A stretch of 63,653 bases of DNA, the filler included. It is 10 parts of 10 records of this genome, joined end to end, with 100 filler letters (N's around TTAATTAATTAA, not from the genome) between each part and the next. Parts side by side here need not be neighbours in the genome. Positions count along the whole stretch, not along the records: positions 47,985 to 57,601 come from SRR11831585_189; 9 more parts are not named here. The stretch is one strand, 5' to 3'. The notes under the pieces were generated by a model. That model did not search any database. It was given only the letters and a program-made list of their open reading frames with translations, and was not told where the DNA came from. Positions 48,054 through 57,481 of this stretch are shown here, piece after piece. Position 1 is the stretch's first letter. Every line of letters starts with the position of its first letter. Position numbers and translations under genes: made by a program.

Positions 48054-48914
48054 TTATTGGCAATCTGCGTGAATGTTTGTCACCAGTGCCTCCAGCACCA
48101 CTTTCCAGTCATCAACCACGCCAACATCTGCCTGTGAAAATACCGCAGCGCTGGCGTCATGATTAATCGCCACCACAAACTTGCTATTGCGTACGCCCGC
48201 CATTAACGCTGCTGCGCCAGAAGCGCCAACAACAATACACACCTCAGGTGCCAGCAGATGTCCGGAAATACCAATCACTTTTTCAGCATCAACGCCACCG
48301 TTCATCACTCGCGCCCGACTGTAGCCCACTTCGGCTCCCAGCTTTTCTGCCAGCATAGCGATTTCCTGGTTATCTGCCTCTCCGCCCTGCCCCACCACCA
48401 GCACCCGTCTGGCCTCAGCTAATGGGTCGCGGGTAACATTTTTCAGATCCTCTGTGCTAACCAGCCAGTCCGGAAGCGCACCCGGGACAATGTTCAGTTG
48501 TTGCATTCCAGAGGGCAACGTGGCGTTTTTCGCTGCTCCCGCCTGACGCGCCAGGGAAAGGCATAGCGGGCGTTTTTCTGTTTGCAGCGTCGCCGTTAGC
48601 GCATTTCCCCAGTGGGATTTGCGCACGCTTACGGTTGGAATATCTAACGAAGTCACCTGGCAGATGCTTGCACCATGTAAACGCCAGGCCAGCCGGGTCG
48701 ACAGTTCATCGCCAAACGTTCCCGGCGGAAAGAGAACAACGTCCGCAGGCGTTCGCTGCCACTGTTCCACCAACGCATCCAGCACCTGTTCCGCCACTAC
48801 AGGCTGAGGTTCAATCTGCCAGTGCGCCAGGGTACAACCGCTGAAATCCTGCGCCGCCAGCCAGCTTGCTATTGCGGCATTCTCCTGATTTATTGTCACA
48901 ATTGCGATATTCAT
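48054..48914 (-). CDS. ygcQ: Electron transfer flavoprotein alpha-like subunit
   Basis: VIGISG, GASGA, AINHD ETF-alpha motifs. Confidence 0.92.
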   Translation of the reverse strand: MNIAIVTINQENAAIASWLAAQDFSGCTLAHWQIEPQPVVAEQVLDALVEQWQRTPADVVLFPPGTFGDELSTRLAWRLHGASICQVTSLDIPTVSVRKSHWGNALTATLQTEKRPLCLSLARQAGAAKNATLPSGMQQLNIVPGALPDWLVSTEDLKNVTRDPLAEARRVLVVGQGGEADNQEIAMLAEKLGAEVGYSRARVMNGGVDAEKVIGISGHLLAPEVCIVVGASGAAALMAGVRNSKFVVAINHDASAAVFSQADVGVVDDWKVVLEALVTNIHADCQ

Positions 48915-49690
48915 GGCTGCATCCTTTGGCGTAAATAGTCCTGCCATAGCTTTTGAGCTTTTTCTGCTACCGTTTGCCCATCAATCAGCGTCGCTCCGCG
49001 TCGTTGCTCTGCTCTTGCCAGTTGCAGACACTGCATCGCTGGCATTTCGGCAGCAACAGTTTTACGGATAATTTCTGCTTTCCCCGCAGCCATTCGCTGG
49101 CGCATTCCCGGTACTGGCAAGGCCACTTCACCGCACTGACGCACGGCAATCACCGCAGGCAAGCGAACCCGGCAACAACGCAACCCATGTTCAGTACGCT
49201 GTTCGAGGGTGATAAACAGCGCGTCGAGAGTGAAACGCTCCACCTGGGTGAAGCAGGGCCAGCCCAGCATTTCCGCCAGCAAAAATGGCGTTTGCCCATT
49301 CTGCCCTTCGCTGCTTTGGCAGCCGGTAATTATCAGATCCAGCGGATTCTGATGCTGCCATTCGGCAATATGGCGAGCGACAAATTCCGGCGCAAAGCGC
49401 AGATCTGCCGCCGTCTCCAGCAATACAGCTTCCTCAAACCCAAGAGCCATGAGATAGCGCAGCCAGTGCAATGCCCGTTCATCCCCCATGCTCAACGCGG
49501 TTAAAGACATCGGCGTACCGTTTTTTCTCTGCGCCAACAGCAGCGCGGCAGCGGCCTGTTCATCAGCACCGAGTAAACTTCGCAGTAGCGAAATATCCGG
49601 TCCGCTTTTACCCTGAGCCGCCGCCTGCCACTCTTTTTCCGCCAGCATTCCGGCATCCGGTTCGGCTTTAAACGCTAACAGAATGTTCAT
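48911..49690 (-). CDS. ygcR: Electron transfer flavoprotein beta-like subunit
   Basis: GCQSSEGQNGQT ETF-beta motif. Confidence 0.92.
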   Translation of the reverse strand: MNILLAFKAEPDAGMLAEKEWQAAAQGKSGPDISLLRSLLGADEQAAAALLLAQRKNGTPMSLTALSMGDERALHWLRYLMALGFEEAVLLETAADLRFAPEFVARHIAEWQHQNPLDLIITGCQSSEGQNGQTPFLLAEMLGWPCFTQVERFTLDALFITLEQRTEHGLRCCRVRLPAVIAVRQCGEVALPVPGMRQRMAAGKAEIIRKTVAAEMPAMQCLQLARAEQRRGATLIDGQTVAEKAQKLWQDYLRQRMQP

Positions 49691-51005
49691 TCGCACCTCC
49701 TACATTTCCCGCCGCCACCAGCGGGAGGGCTTTAGTTTCTGGTGCCCATAGCCAGGTCACAACAAAACCAACCAACAACACTGTCGCCAGGAGCAATAAG
49801 GTGACTTGCATTCCCCACTGCGCCAGCACCCACGGCAGCAGGCCAGTACTTACCGCCGCGCCAAGTCGACTCATGGCAGTGGCAAAACCGACGCCCAGCG
49901 AGCGAATGTCAGTAGGAAAACTTTCCGCAGGCAAAATGCCCACCAGATTACTGACTGCCGAAATGGTGGTGCTGAAGAGAACAAAAAGCAGCAGCGTTAA
50001 TGAACTGCCGGAAGGCAAACAGGCCATGACTACCAGCGTTGCCGCCAGCAGCAAAAAACTTCCCAGCAAAAATTTGCGATGTGCCAGCAGGTGCGTCAGA
50101 ACTAATCCCAGCAGCGCGCCCACAATTAACAACGCATTAAGCATCAGGCTGGCAGTCAGCGCATCTTCCAGACCAATAGTCTGGGCGATAGTTGGCAGCC
50201 AGGTATAAATCACAAACCATGGGATTACGAGGCAGACAAAGAAGACGCTGTTAAACGCCGTGCGCCGCCAGTAACGCGAAGAGAACAAGGTTTTGATGTG
50301 TTTATGGGTCGCCGTTACCACTTCATCGCCCAGTAAAACATGGGGACCAAAATAGCGATGCACGATAGCGTGAGCTTCTGCAAAACGCCCCTGGCGCAGT
50401 AGCCAGCGTGGTGATTCTGGCGTTCCCCAGCGTAATAACGTAATCAACAACGCGGGCAGAGCTGCCGATGCCAGTAGCCAGCGCCAGGCCTCCGGGTTTT
50501 CGGAAATAAAGTGATGTCCGGCAATACTTGCCAGCACATAGCCTACGGTCCACACCACGCTGAATGCGCCCAGCAAAATACCGCGATGGCGGCGCGGGGA
50601 AAATTCAGCCAGCAAGGTGTGACCTACTGAATAATCGCCTCCCAGACCAATGCCAATCAAAATGCGCAGTCCAATAAGATGCTCTGGCGTGGTGGCAAAA
50701 AATTGTAAAAACGAAGCAAGCGTAATCAGCAAAAAGCTGAAGGTGAAGATTTTTTGCCGACCAATATGGTCGGAGATCCACCCAAGAACCAGGCTGCCAA
50801 GGAACAAACCAAGGAGCGCCGAGCCGCCGATCATTCCCGCCATAAACGGCGTCAGTTGCATGGCGGGCGTAAGCTGAATAATGGCGTAACCAATGACGCC
50901 GAGAACATAACCGTCGGTCAGGTGTGCGCCGAAAGTGAGCGCAGCAATGCGGCAGTGAAAACGGTTAAGCGGTAAATCATCCATTCGCACCGGTGAAGTG
51001 TTCAT
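49668..51005 (-). CDS. ygcS: MFS sugar-porter-like transporter
   Basis: SDHIGRQ, PESPRWL, PETK motifs. Confidence 0.92.
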   Translation of the reverse strand: MNTSPVRMDDLPLNRFHCRIAALTFGAHLTDGYVLGVIGYAIIQLTPAMQLTPFMAGMIGGSALLGLFLGSLVLGWISDHIGRQKIFTFSFLLITLASFLQFFATTPEHLIGLRILIGIGLGGDYSVGHTLLAEFSPRRHRGILLGAFSVVWTVGYVLASIAGHHFISENPEAWRWLLASAALPALLITLLRWGTPESPRWLLRQGRFAEAHAIVHRYFGPHVLLGDEVVTATHKHIKTLFSSRYWRRTAFNSVFFVCLVIPWFVIYTWLPTIAQTIGLEDALTASLMLNALLIVGALLGLVLTHLLAHRKFLLGSFLLLAATLVVMACLPSGSSLTLLLFVLFSTTISAVSNLVGILPAESFPTDIRSLGVGFATAMSRLGAAVSTGLLPWVLAQWGMQVTLLLLATVLLVGFVVTWLWAPETKALPLVAAGNVGGANEHSVSV

Positions 51006-51098
51006 CTTTACCCCTTCATTGTCCGGTAATAAGAACGGCTTCTCGCCTGAGAAGCCGAAAAGGCAACGCCCCGTCATCGCGGAACGCTGCCTGACACA

Positions 51099-52553
51099 TT
51101 ATTTTTCAATCGGATAGATAGTACCCGTATTCATAATGCCATTAGGATCGAACTGCTTTTTCAGCCCTTCCAGCAACGCCCACGCGCTGCCGTGTTCCAG
51201 TTTGCTCCAGTGAACGCGATGTTTACCGATACCGTGGTGGTGCACCATCGAACCGCCGAGGCGAATGGTTTCTTCACAGATGATCTTGTTGAGCGGATTG
51301 TGGTACTTGTCGATTTCCTCTTCCGGCTTACAGTCAACGACGTTGTAATCGTAGACGAAGTACATGTTGGTGCCGTTCTGATAGCTATGAGAGGAATGAC
51401 CGCCCAGCATGGTGATGTCGTCGGCGTGCGGGAACTCAGTACGAATACGGTTAATAACGCTTTCGTAGATTTCGTGGATGCAGCTCCAGCAGCCGGATAC
51501 TTCGGTGGTAAAGCCCATGTTGCCGGTTTTGAGGATCTGCACACGTTCGGCAGCCACTTTATCCGGTCCCCAGTTCAGGTTGTTAAACCAGGTTTCGATC
51601 AGCTTGCTGTCCACGCGCTGGCATTGCGGGTAGCGGGCAACGATTTCCGCAATCCCTTCGCCCGTCACCTTCGCAATGCGAGGGTTACCTTCAGCCATAA
51701 AGATCAGCACGCATTTTCCGTCGGCAAAATGGGTGAAGTGTTGGGTGCCATCTTCAGCGTCATACAAACGAGCGATTGACGGACGATACCCTTCCACCAT
51801 GATTTCACGCAGGATGTTGAAGCCGGTTTTCATGTCTTCCAGGATATAGCCGTAGAAGAGGTTGTTTTCCGGGGTGAATTTAAAGATTTTCACTGTTACT
51901 TCAGTGATATAGCACAATGCACCTTCGTTGCCGATGATGATGTGACGAATGTCCGGGCCAGCCGCGCGGCGTGGCACGTTTTTAATGCGTGTGACGGTGC
52001 CATCAGCCAATACTGCTTCCAGACCAACGACCATATCTTCGATTGCGCCGTAGAGTGTGGAGAACTGCCCGATACTTCGGGTTGCTACCAGGCCGCCCAT
52101 CTGCGCCAGCGGCTTTGACTGCGGAGAATGCCCCGTGGTGTAACCTTTTTCACGCAACGCGTTTTCCAGCACTTCCAGCGGAACACCACATTGCGCCGTC
52201 GCCTGCATATTCTCAATATCAATATTAATGATTTGATTCATGGCGGAGCCGTCGAGCACCACCGAGTTTTCTACAACAGTTTCCAGCCCACCTTCGGTGG
52301 CGGAAGCACCGGTACGCGGCACACCGTTAATTTTGTGCGCATTCATAAAATTCAGCACACGGGATACTTGCTCTGTGGAACCGAGTTTTACGACCGCTGC
52401 CGGAATCGGCAAAGTATAAATGCCATGAATATCCGGAAATTTACGAAAACGGTCAATACTGTTTTTCTTTAATACTGTTTCATCGGTAATTACGCGATCT
52501 GCACCAACAATTTCCTTTAGCTGGTCGACAATCGCTGCGCGAGATAAAGACAT
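51099..52553 (-). CDS. ygcU: FAD-linked oxidoreductase, alkyl-DHAP-synthase-like
   Basis: GHSPQS, GNEGAL, HHHGIG, FDPNGIMN (VAO/PCMH family). Confidence 0.9.
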   Translation of the reverse strand: MSLSRAAIVDQLKEIVGADRVITDETVLKKNSIDRFRKFPDIHGIYTLPIPAAVVKLGSTEQVSRVLNFMNAHKINGVPRTGASATEGGLETVVENSVVLDGSAMNQIINIDIENMQATAQCGVPLEVLENALREKGYTTGHSPQSKPLAQMGGLVATRSIGQFSTLYGAIEDMVVGLEAVLADGTVTRIKNVPRRAAGPDIRHIIIGNEGALCYITEVTVKIFKFTPENNLFYGYILEDMKTGFNILREIMVEGYRPSIARLYDAEDGTQHFTHFADGKCVLIFMAEGNPRIAKVTGEGIAEIVARYPQCQRVDSKLIETWFNNLNWGPDKVAAERVQILKTGNMGFTTEVSGCWSCIHEIYESVINRIRTEFPHADDITMLGGHSSHSYQNGTNMYFVYDYNVVDCKPEEEIDKYHNPLNKIICEETIRLGGSMVHHHGIGKHRVHWSKLEHGSAWALLEGLKKQFDPNGIMNTGTIYPIEK

Positions 52554-52622
52554 AGTAATTCCTTCCTGATAATAAAAATGGAATAATCATTAATAAGAGA
52601 AAACAGAAACCACCGTTATGGG

Positions 52623-53408
52623 TTAGCGCACTAAATAACCGCCATCAACCACTAATAAATGCCCGTTGACATAATTCGATGCCGGACTTGCGAGGAATAC
52701 GGCTGCGCCCATTAAATCCTGAGTATCGCCCCAACGGTTTGCCGGAATATGATCAAGAACGCGCTGATTGGTTTCTGGATTACTGCGTGTCGCCAGCGTA
52801 ATATCTGTTGCATAATAGCCAGGGGCGATACCATTTACCTGAATATTATATTGACCTAGTTCATCACAATAAGCTTTGGTGAACCCGGCAAGAGCATGTT
52901 TAGTGGCAGAATATGCAGGTGACCATTGTCCACCTAAGTAAGAGAACAATGAACAGATATTAATAATTTTGCCGCTTTTCTGCGGGATCATAATTTTTGC
53001 AGCTTCATAGCTTAACTCGAATGCGGCGGTCAGGTTCACATCAATCATCGGATCCCAGTCGGCACGACCGAAGTCCAGCACCTTATTCAGCTTACAAATA
53101 CCGGCATTGTTAACCAGAATATCAACTGTACCGAAACGCTCACAGCAAGCAGCGATAATCTTCTGCGGCGCGCCTTCTGCGGTGATACCCACCTGCATGA
53201 AGTCCACCTCAACACCCTGTTTTTCAATCATTTCCTTTGTTTCGCCGTTATCTTTGACGAAACTAGGAATAAAGATATTTGCGCCAGCTTTGGCCAACGC
53301 CATGGCAAATGCCTGGCCTAAACCGCTATTCCCACCGGTAACAATTGCGGTTTTACCTTTCAGGGAGAAAAAATCCATTGAGAACGCATTGAGAGATTCG
53401 ATTGACAT
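52623..53408 (-). CDS. ygcW: SDR oxidoreductase (KduD-like)
   Basis: TGGNSGLG, NNAG, YSATK. Confidence 0.92.
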   Translation of the reverse strand: MSIESLNAFSMDFFSLKGKTAIVTGGNSGLGQAFAMALAKAGANIFIPSFVKDNGETKEMIEKQGVEVDFMQVGITAEGAPQKIIAACCERFGTVDILVNNAGICKLNKVLDFGRADWDPMIDVNLTAAFELSYEAAKIMIPQKSGKIINICSLFSYLGGQWSPAYSATKHALAGFTKAYCDELGQYNIQVNGIAPGYYATDITLATRSNPETNQRVLDHIPANRWGDTQDLMGAAVFLASPASNYVNGHLLVVDGGYLVR

Positions 53409-53432
53409 AGTTAGCTCCAATTTCCGTAAGGC

Positions 53433-53507
53433 AAAAAAAAAGAAAAGGTAACTTCCCCCGCGAGAGGGAAGTTACCTTTCTCATTATCTCTGGTAACTGG
53501 AGATAAT
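53433..53507 (-). terminator. Leader attenuator of ygcW: antiterminator stem-loop overlapping an intrinsic terminator
   Basis: 14-bp stem 53444-53457/53466-53479 plus U-tract (53433-53443) 25 nt before ATG; competing AGTTACC-AGAGATAATGAGAAA-GGTAACT hairpin (53470-53498). Confidence 0.75.
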
Positions 53508-53533
53508 TTTTAGCATAAGGGCATAACTGCTAA

Positions 53534-53606
53534 TGTGATCGTAATCACAGTGTGATATTCGTATTGTCAAATAATTTTAAAAAGCAGAAGCGTGATTACT
53601 CTCACA
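53534..53606. promoter_or_regulatory. Two CRP-type sites in the ygcW-yqcE divergent promoter
   Basis: TGTGA-N6-TCACA (53534-53549) and CGTGA-N6-TCACA (53591-53606). Confidence 0.7.
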
Positions 53607-53641
53607 CAACACCTCTGCTTTCCATGTTATTTATTATTTCA

Positions 53642-53702
53642 ATTACTAGAGACCTGAGAAAAGTAATCCACCTGAAAGGGCGGCTTACTTTTCTCTTTTT
53701 TT
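53642..53702 (+). terminator. Leader attenuator of yqcE: antiterminator stem-loop overlapping an intrinsic terminator
   Basis: GAGAAAAGTAA(53656-66)/TTACTTTTCTC(53685-95) stem, GAAA loop, T7 ending 24 nt before ATG; competing ATTACT-AGAGACCTGAGAAA-AGTAAT hairpin (53642-53667). Confidence 0.75.
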
Positions 53703-53726
53703 GTCTATTACAAATGGGAATACGAT

Positions 53727-55004
53727 ATGCAACACAACTCATATCGCCGTTGGATAACCCTCGCGATAATTAGTTTTAGCGGCGGCGTTAGTTTCGACCT
53801 GGCTTATTTACGTTATATTTATCAAATTCCCATGGCGAAATTTATGGGATTCAGCAATACCGAGATAGGTTTAATAATGAGTACCTTTGGTATTGCGGCC
53901 ATTATTCTTTATGCCCCCAGCGGCGTTATTGCCGATAAATTTTCACACCGCAAAATGATTACTTCCGCGATGATCATTACCGGATTACTGGGTCTGTTAA
54001 TGGCAACGTATCCACCGCTGTGGGTAATGCTCTGTATTCAGATCGCCTTTGCGATAACGACGATTTTAATGCTGTGGTCGGTGTCGATTAAAGCTGCATC
54101 GTTGCTTGGCGATCATAGCGAGCAAGGGAAAATTATGGGCTGGATGGAAGGGCTGCGCGGCGTCGGTGTAATGTCGCTGGCGGTGTTTACCATGTGGGTC
54201 TTTTCTCGCTTTGCACCGGATGACAGCACCAGCCTGAAAACGGTCATTATCATCTATAGTGTGGTTTACATCTTGTTGGGGATTCTGTGCTGGTTTTTTG
54301 TTAGCGATAACAACAACCTGCGCAGTGCCAATAACGAAGAAAAACAGTCATTCCAGCTTAGCGACATCCTGGCCGTTTTGCGTATCAGCACCACCTGGTA
54401 TTGCAGCATGGTGATTTTTGGCGTCTTCACCATCTACGCCATTCTGAGTTACTCCACCAACTATCTGACCGAAATGTATGGCATGTCGCTGGTGGCGGCG
54501 AGCTACATGGGGATTGTGATCAACAAAATATTCCGCGCGCTGTGCGGCCCACTTGGCGGCATAATCACCACCTACAGCAAAGTGAAATCCCCTACCCGCG
54601 TGATCCAAATCCTTTCCGTACTCGGCCTGCTGACGTTAACTGCCCTGCTCGTCACGAACTCTAACCCGCAATCGGTCGCGATGGGGATTGGCCTGATTTT
54701 ACTGCTGGGATTCACCTGTTACGCCTCACGCGGGCTGTACTGGGCCTGCCCTGGCGAAGCGAGAACACCGTCTTACATTATGGGCACCACGGTAGGTATT
54801 TGTTCGGTGATTGGATTCCTGCCGGATGTCTTCGTTTACCCAATTATCGGCCACTGGCAAGACACCCTGCCCGCTGCAGAAGCCTACCGCAATATGTGGC
54901 TGATGGGCATGGCGGCGCTTGGCATGGTGATTGTCTTTACCTTTTTGCTGTTCCAAAAAATTCGTACTGCTGATAGCGCCCCCGCAATGGCTAGCAGCAA
55001 GTAA
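53727..55004 (+). CDS. yqcE: MFS transporter
   Basis: 425 aa, GVIADKFSHRK MFS motif A. Confidence 0.9.
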   Translation: MQHNSYRRWITLAIISFSGGVSFDLAYLRYIYQIPMAKFMGFSNTEIGLIMSTFGIAAIILYAPSGVIADKFSHRKMITSAMIITGLLGLLMATYPPLWVMLCIQIAFAITTILMLWSVSIKAASLLGDHSEQGKIMGWMEGLRGVGVMSLAVFTMWVFSRFAPDDSTSLKTVIIIYSVVYILLGILCWFFVSDNNNLRSANNEEKQSFQLSDILAVLRISTTWYCSMVIFGVFTIYAILSYSTNYLTEMYGMSLVAASYMGIVINKIFRALCGPLGGIITTYSKVKSPTRVIQILSVLGLLTLTALLVTNSNPQSVAMGIGLILLLGFTCYASRGLYWACPGEARTPSYIMGTTVGICSVIGFLPDVFVYPIIGHWQDTLPAAEAYRNMWLMGMAALGMVIVFTFLLFQKIRTADSAPAMASSK

Positions 55005-55030
55005 GCCAGGAAAATTACAGGAGAAAAATC

Positions 55031-56509
55031 ATGTCGAAAAAATACATCATAGGGATTGATGGCGGAAGTCAGAGCACAAAAGTGGTGATGTACGATCTGG
55101 AAGGTAACGTGGTTTGCGAAGGCAAAGGCTTATTACAGCCGATGCACACGCCAGATGCCGATACTGCAGAACATCCTGACGACGATTTATGGGCATCATT
55201 ATGTTTTGCCGGTCACGATTTGATGAGTCAGTTTGCCGGGAATAAAGAAGATATTGTCGGTATTGGTCTGGGATCCATCCGTTGCTGCCGTGCGTTATTG
55301 AAAGCCGATGGCACGCCTGCTGCGCCGTTGATTAGCTGGCAGGATGCACGCGTTACACGCCCTTACGAACACACTAACCCTGACGTGGCATATGTCACCT
55401 CTTTTTCGGGTTATCTGACGCATCGCTTAACCGGCGAGTTTAAAGACAATATCGCCAACTATTTTGGTCAGTGGCCGGTGGATTATAAGAGCTGGGCATG
55501 GAGCGAAGATGCTGCGGTAATGGATAAGTTTAATATCCCCCGTCATATGCTGTTTGATGTGCAAATGCCTGGCACCGTCCTCGGACATATCACACCACAA
55601 GCCGCACTGGCGACACATTTCCCGGCAGGACTGCCGGTTGTTTGTACCACCAGTGATAAACCGGTAGAAGCTCTGGGGGCCGGATTACTGGATGATGAAA
55701 CGGCGGTAATTTCTCTTGGCACTTACATCGCATTGATGATGAACGGCAAAGCACTGCCGAAAGATCCAGTAGCGTACTGGCCGATTATGTCTTCTATTCC
55801 GCAAACATTGCTGTATGAAGGTTACGGTATTCGCAAAGGCATGTGGACGGTGAGCTGGCTGCGCGACATGCTAGGCGAGTCGTTAATTCAGGATGCCAGG
55901 GCGCAGGATCTTTCACCGGAAGATTTACTCAACAAAAAAGCTTCTTGTGTGCCGCCAGGCTGTAATGGTCTGATGACGGTGCTGGACTGGCTGACCAATC
56001 CGTGGGAACCGTACAAACGCGGGATTATGATCGGCTTTGATTCCAGCATGGATTACGCATGGATATATCGTTCGATACTGGAAAGCGTGGCGCTGACGCT
56101 GAAGAACAATTACGACAATATGTGTAATGAAATGAATCACTTTGCGAAGCATGTGATCATTACTGGCGGCGGTTCGAACAGCGATCTGTTTATGCAGATT
56201 TTTGCCGACGTGTTCAACCTTCCGGCACGACGTAACGCCATTAACGGTTGTGCAAGCCTGGGGGCAGCGATTAATACAGCGGTAGGTCTGGGGCTATACC
56301 CGGATTACGCAACGGCTGTCGATAACATGGTTCGCGTGAAAGATATCTTTATACCGATTGAGAGCAATGCCAAACGCTACGACGCGATGAATAAAGGCAT
56401 TTTCAAAGACCTAACCAAACATACTGATGTGATCCTGAAAAAATCGTATGAAGTGATGCATGGGGAATTGGGGAATGTGGATTCGATCCAGAGCTGGTCG
56501 AATGCGTAA
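55031..56509 (+). CDS. ygcE: FGGY-family carbohydrate kinase
   Basis: GIDGGSQSTK, ISWQDAR, TGGGSNS. Confidence 0.92.
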   Translation: MSKKYIIGIDGGSQSTKVVMYDLEGNVVCEGKGLLQPMHTPDADTAEHPDDDLWASLCFAGHDLMSQFAGNKEDIVGIGLGSIRCCRALLKADGTPAAPLISWQDARVTRPYEHTNPDVAYVTSFSGYLTHRLTGEFKDNIANYFGQWPVDYKSWAWSEDAAVMDKFNIPRHMLFDVQMPGTVLGHITPQAALATHFPAGLPVVCTTSDKPVEALGAGLLDDETAVISLGTYIALMMNGKALPKDPVAYWPIMSSIPQTLLYEGYGIRKGMWTVSWLRDMLGESLIQDARAQDLSPEDLLNKKASCVPPGCNGLMTVLDWLTNPWEPYKRGIMIGFDSSMDYAWIYRSILESVALTLKNNYDNMCNEMNHFAKHVIITGGGSNSDLFMQIFADVFNLPARRNAINGCASLGAAINTAVGLGLYPDYATAVDNMVRVKDIFIPIESNAKRYDAMNKGIFKDLTKHTDVILKKSYEVMHGELGNVDSIQSWSNA

Positions 56510-56516
56510 GTGAGGA

Positions 56517-56542
56517 AGGCCGGGCGGGAAACTGCCCGGCCT
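56517..56542 (+). terminator. GC hairpin after ygcE
   Basis: AGGCCGGGC-GGGAAACT-GCCCGGCCT. Confidence 0.55.
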
Positions 56543-56555
56543 GAACATACCTGAA

Positions 56556-56693
56556 TGGTTATCCCCGCTGACGCGGGGAACATAAGTTCGACAACTTAAA
56601 AAATGATAACAAGTCCGGTTTATCCCCGCTGATGCAGGGAACATAATAAAAACTTTAACTAGTTCGGTTTATCCCTGTTTTTACAAGGAATAT
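56556..56693 (-). CRISPR. Degenerate type I-E repeat cluster (CRISPR2.2-like), 3 decayed repeats
   Basis: Repeats at 56556-56583, 56616-56644, 56665-56693 diverging from CGGTTTATCCCCGCTGGCGCGGGGAACAC. Confidence 0.8.
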
Positions 56694-57147
56694 TAACTAC
56701 ACTCGATGTCTTTAGAATAAAAGACAATACGAATCGCACTTTATCAATTTTCACTTAAAGTATGAACTGGATATCTTTATTCATAAGAACTATTCATCAA
56801 CAGCGTATAGAGGCGGTTATGTAAAACCACTCATTAGCCTCAAAACAAAGACAAACTTCCAGATTTATTACTTAACCAATGAATAACAAGCTTAAAAAAT
56901 ATACTGTTATTCTAAAGAAAAAATTAACAGGCATTAATTCAATATTAAAAAAATAATAGATTAAAATTTCTTAACGATTTAAGAATCATACAAATAACAC
57001 TTTGATTAAATTTAATTTTTTGTATCGATAATTGTGAACCTCTCTGGCATGGAGAACTATTTTGAACATGAGGTGTTACGTGGATATGTTGCTTATTACA
57101 AGTACTGCTAATATAAAAACTTGAGAAAGAGATAACGGGTTATATGG

Positions 57148-57481
57148 TGGTTTATCCCCGCTGGCGCGGGGAACTCGACAGAACGGCCTCAGTAGTCTCG
57201 TCAGGCTCCGGTTTATCCCCGCTGGCGCGGGGAACACGGGCGCACGGAATACAAAGCCGTGTATCTGCTCGGTTTATCCCCGCTGGCGCGGGGAACACTG
57301 GCTCTGCAACAGCAGCACCCATGACCACGTCGGTTTATCCCCGCTGGCGCGGGGAACACGAAATGCTGGTGAGCGTTAATGCCGCAAACACAGGTTTATC
57401 CCCGCTGGCGCGGGGAACACATTACGCCTTTTTGCGATTGCCCGGTTTTTGCCGGTTTATCCCCGCTGGCGCGGGGAACAC
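57148..57481 (-). CRISPR. Type I-E CRISPR array (CRISPR2/2.3), 6 repeats and 5 spacers, no adjacent cas genes
   Basis: 29-nt repeats with 32-nt spacers (6x29 + 5x32 = 334 nt); AT-rich leader at 57482-57601 implies minus-strand transcription. Confidence 0.97.
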
